NCBI RefSeq assembly: GCF_001194135.2
Contig: NC_069006.1
Location: 6,725,688-6,789,687, forward strand
Length of the DNA: 64,000 bases
Direction: 5' to 3'
From: Octopus bimaculoides
Taxonomy: Eukaryota
Position 1 is the stretch's first letter. Every line of letters starts with the position of its first letter. Made by a program: the position numbers and the translations under genes. The notes beneath the pieces are model-generated. The model was not told the DNA's origin, searched no databases, and was given only the letters and a program-made list of their open reading frames with translations. This document shows, in pieces, positions 60,753-64,000 of this stretch.

Positions 60753-60930
60753 CCTTTGTTATTACTCTTTTTACTTGTTTCAGTCATTTGACTGCAGCCA
60801 TGCTGGAGCACCACCTTAAAGGGTTTTCAGTTAAACAAATCAACTTCAGGACATATTTTTTAAGCTTAGTACTTATTCTATCGGTCTCTGCTAAGTTACA
60901 GGGACCTAAATACACCAACACCACTAGGCC
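60535..60930. mobile_element. Family C head (+, 60535-60700) and family C tail (-, 60770-60930) around (TG)n
   Basis: CCTTGGGCAAGTGCTTTC; CTTTTTACTTGTTTCAGTCATTTGACTGCAGCCATGCTGGAGCACC. Confidence 0.8.
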
Positions 60931-61948
60931 ACATGCATATTTGTGTGTGTGTGTGTGTGTAATGTTTGTAATGAACAATAACTGTTATCAACTTTTCTTT
61001 GTATCCATTATATAATGATAAGTGAACATAACAGCTTGTATAAATGGAACTAGTGTTTATTTTGTGGTTGGGTGCATGATAAGAGGCATCCACAATTTGG
61101 AGAAAACAAACAATGGAAGGCTACTTATTTGTTTGTTTATATATTTATTTGTTGTGTGTGTGTATACACACACACACACACATATATATATATAACTTCA
61201 TACAAAATGAAAATAATTATGTAATATCTGTTTAATCTATACTAGAAATTTGTTCAATAGATACAGGCTGCAATAGAATTGTTGGGAGGAACTCTGCTAT
61301 AGCATTTCTATGCTAAACAAATAATTTTACACATTGAGAAATTGTATACTTTTTTTTATATATTTTGTGTCTTTTTGTGTAACTTTTTGTTTTTTGAAGT
61401 TACTTTTTTCCAGTTTGGTTTACTGGCAGTCCTGAAAAAATGTAAAACCCTAGCAAAAACCTAAATTAAATATTTGCAGGAATCAGGATTATGTTAGCAT
61501 TTATGTCGTCTCCATTATTCCATGTCTGTATAGATTGGATAGATCTGTAGTATGGTATATCACTATTCCTCTCTCCCACATCATCAAGTCCGTACCTAAC
61601 ATCCAGAGATATAACCTCACAATTCCTTCTCATTTTTACCATGATCTTCTACCACTAACATGTAGCATTGCCAGCATGTGCATATGTCACATACTCTATC
61701 TTACATACAATGACACCCTTTTTATATCCTGGTGTTGGATATACAATATAACAAAACAGGGGGAAAGAAAATATTTACACGAAGCAATACAATTACTATT
61801 ACACAAGACTCAATGCTCTCAATCAACAGCTCACAGTGAACTGCTTACCAATCCAAACTGCCAATTACTCACAGTTCTTTATTCTATATAGCAATGTGTC
61901 AGTCCAATTCTAGTCATAGGGGGAAGGTCAGAATCCTTCCACAACATA

Positions 61949-62381
61949 CCTATAATATTGATTTCAAATTTTGGCACAAGGTAGGCGATTTGGGGGCAGG
62001 GGATAAGTTTATTACATTGACCCCAGTATTCAGCTGGTACTCATTTTATCGACTTTGAAAGGATGAAAGGCAAGGTTGACCTCAGTAGAATTTGAGCTCA
62101 GAACATGGTGACAAATGAAATACTGCTAAGCATTTTGTCCAGCATGCTAATGATTCAGCCATTTTGCTGCCCTATTGTGGCCTATAATATTGATTTCAAA
62201 TTTTGGCACACAAGACCAGCAATTTTGGGGAGGGAATAAGTTTATTACACTGACCTGAGGTTTTGAAATGACAAAATGCAAAGCTGACCTTGGCAGAATT
62301 TGAGCTCAAAAGGTAAGGATGAACAAAATGCTGTTAAGCATTTTGCCCAGTGTGCTAACAATTCTGCCAGCTCACCACCTT
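61949..62381 (-). mobile_element. Two tandem family M SINEs
   Basis: CCTATAATATTGATTTCAAATTTTGGCAC occurs at about 61949 and 62181, each followed by a SINE body. Confidence 0.88.
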
Positions 62382-62639
62382 AATTTAAGTTTATAACATT
62401 CTCAACTCATTTATATGCTAAATCTCATGGCAGCTGACACAATATATTCAACAGATCACACTCAAAATATTACTTCCTAGCCTCAGGGCCCAAGTCTCAC
62501 TCCCTCCACACAGCATCAAAAACCTTACATATTCTGTACACTGTGCTTCTTTTATGAGGAAAGGAATTCTTTGTTGTGAACAGATTAACAGCTCTTTGAA
62601 CATTTGATGTTACATATATTAAGGGAAAGCTTGAGAAAC

Positions 62640-62730
62640 AAAAGAACCTTTACAGTGGAGATTAAAGGATATTGCATTCACACTAGGAGTTTCTCGATCA
62701 ACAACTTGCAATGAATTGTGGGAACACAAA
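62640..62730 (+). mobile_element. Possible Tc1/mariner HTH remnant
   Basis: LKDIAFTLGVSRSTTCNELWEH resembles a transposase helix-turn-helix; no TIRs found. Confidence 0.3.
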
Positions 62731-62975
62731 GTAAATGTTTTGCTAGAGTTCTTTAACTGGATCCATGCTACAGTATCAACCAAATAGTCACAACAGAAAT
62801 AACAAAATATATAAGCCAGCAGTATTGCCACTTAGATTGTGTTAGAAATATAATTACAGATTAAATTTTTTTTTTTATATTAGATAATGACTGTACACTG
62901 AATTACATTATGTATTTTTTTTTAAGTTTAAGAAGAAATTTCAATTTTAATTACATTTTACAAGACTTCAAACTT

Positions 62976-62979
62976 AATA

Positions 62980-63040
<61 letters not shown>
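62976..63040. repeat. (AAT)n microsatellite
   Basis: Directly visible. Confidence 0.97.
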
Positions 63041-63044
<4 letters not shown>

Positions 63045-63966
63045 CAAAATTCAGTAATTAAATATTGATTCAAAGTCTAAAAATCTGTCAGTTCCATTAA
63101 GGCTTAAATTCTGAGACAAAACTATAACTGTTGACAAATACAAAACAAAAGGAAAAAAGAAAAAAAACATGCACTTTTTTTTTCTGAGTAAAACTAATTT
63201 GGCAAAGTAATTTAGAAAATTTTCTCATTGACTATCCTTATTTGACACTTAGACTTGGACTAATAACAATAAATTATTTAAAAGGAATTACACAAATATA
63301 AGTAAACACAGAAGCACACACATACGCATATATGTATTGATATTTTCCATTTTCCTCAAATATTTAGCTTTCTATCCAGAGTGCTTTTCTGAAGTGATTC
63401 ATATTCTGGAGGTGAGAGAAAAAAAATATATATAAATATATGTAAAAAGTTCAACTTTTAACTCCAGAATCTATTTAGCAAATCAAATTAAAATTTGTCT
63501 AAGAAATTTTCAAAAAATAAATTTAATATTCACTGCATACTCCTTTGATAAAGAAACAAATTTCCAAAATATATATATTTTTTTTTTTTGAATAAAGAGA
63601 AATCTTAGAAATGGTAAGAATGACATTTGTATTTTTATGTTGTTATGGTGGTGATGATATCATTTTCCATCTAATTTGTGACATTCAATTAGCAAGTCTT
63701 GTTTTTACTTAATTCCTCAGACAATCTTAATTCCTTACATTAACTCTTGTTTTTTTTTTTGTTTTTTTTTCTTTTTTCATTTTCTTTTGGTGCCATTCTG
63801 CAGTTCATTCTGCTTTATGCACTTCTCAGGTTAGCAACAATTAATAACTTTTGCACAGTCATTAGCAAACTAAATTAACCACATGATGCTACCTTGATAT
63901 TTGCATTTATATAATCATCAAAATATCTCAATAGACAAACAGTACCTTCCTTTTTTGTATTTGCAG

Positions 63967-64000
63967 ACTCACAGAAATTTTCTCCAATATCCAAGAAGTG
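63967..64000 (+). CDS. Start of a candidate exon running out of the window
   Basis: Strong acceptor CCTTCCTTTTTTGTATTTGCAG; all three frames are open over the 34 nt visible. Confidence 0.35.

Noticed and set aside
61535-61891. 118-aa + ORF
   Set aside because: Non-ATG start, no domain, no splice sites, low-information composition.
3998-62381. tRNA-like A/B boxes (GGTTCAGTCCC, GAGTTCAAA)
   Set aside because: These are SINE heads; no complete cloverleaf is evident, so no tRNA gene is called.

Overview
AT-rich eukaryotic draft-assembly DNA with ten N gaps, dense microsatellites and many short retroposons. The repeat families point to an octopus (coleoid cephalopod) genome; this is an inference from remembered repeat motifs, not a database match. 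Nothing prokaryotic is present, and there is no CRISPR array, rRNA or real tRNA gene. Most listed ORFs are microsatellite, gap or SINE artefacts. Well supported: three tRNA-derived SINE families (several copies with exact 15-19 bp target-site duplications), RTE, Dong/R4-like and CR1/L2-like LINE fragments, a truncated Tc1 transposase, several TA-, TTAA- and hAT-type MITEs, and one sharp CpG-rich promoter at about 60.0-60.4 kb carrying YY1, NRF1, ETS and TGTCGCGACA motifs. That promoter most likely drives a minus-strand gene I cannot name, with a candidate first exon at 60.0 kb and a candidate last coding exon at 45621-45949. Plus-strand exon candidates are weak and near chance level. The most interesting observations are an orphan 138-codon ORF inserted inside a SINE (10.7-11.2 kb), the promoter's competing start codons, a permuted SINE between 57-bp direct repeats, a fold-back plus tandem rearrangement inside an RTE, and inverted repeat pairs that could be RNA-editing substrates. 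I cannot honestly claim a new biological system from this sequence alone. SINE and LINE boundaries are approximate unless TSDs or TIRs are quoted.
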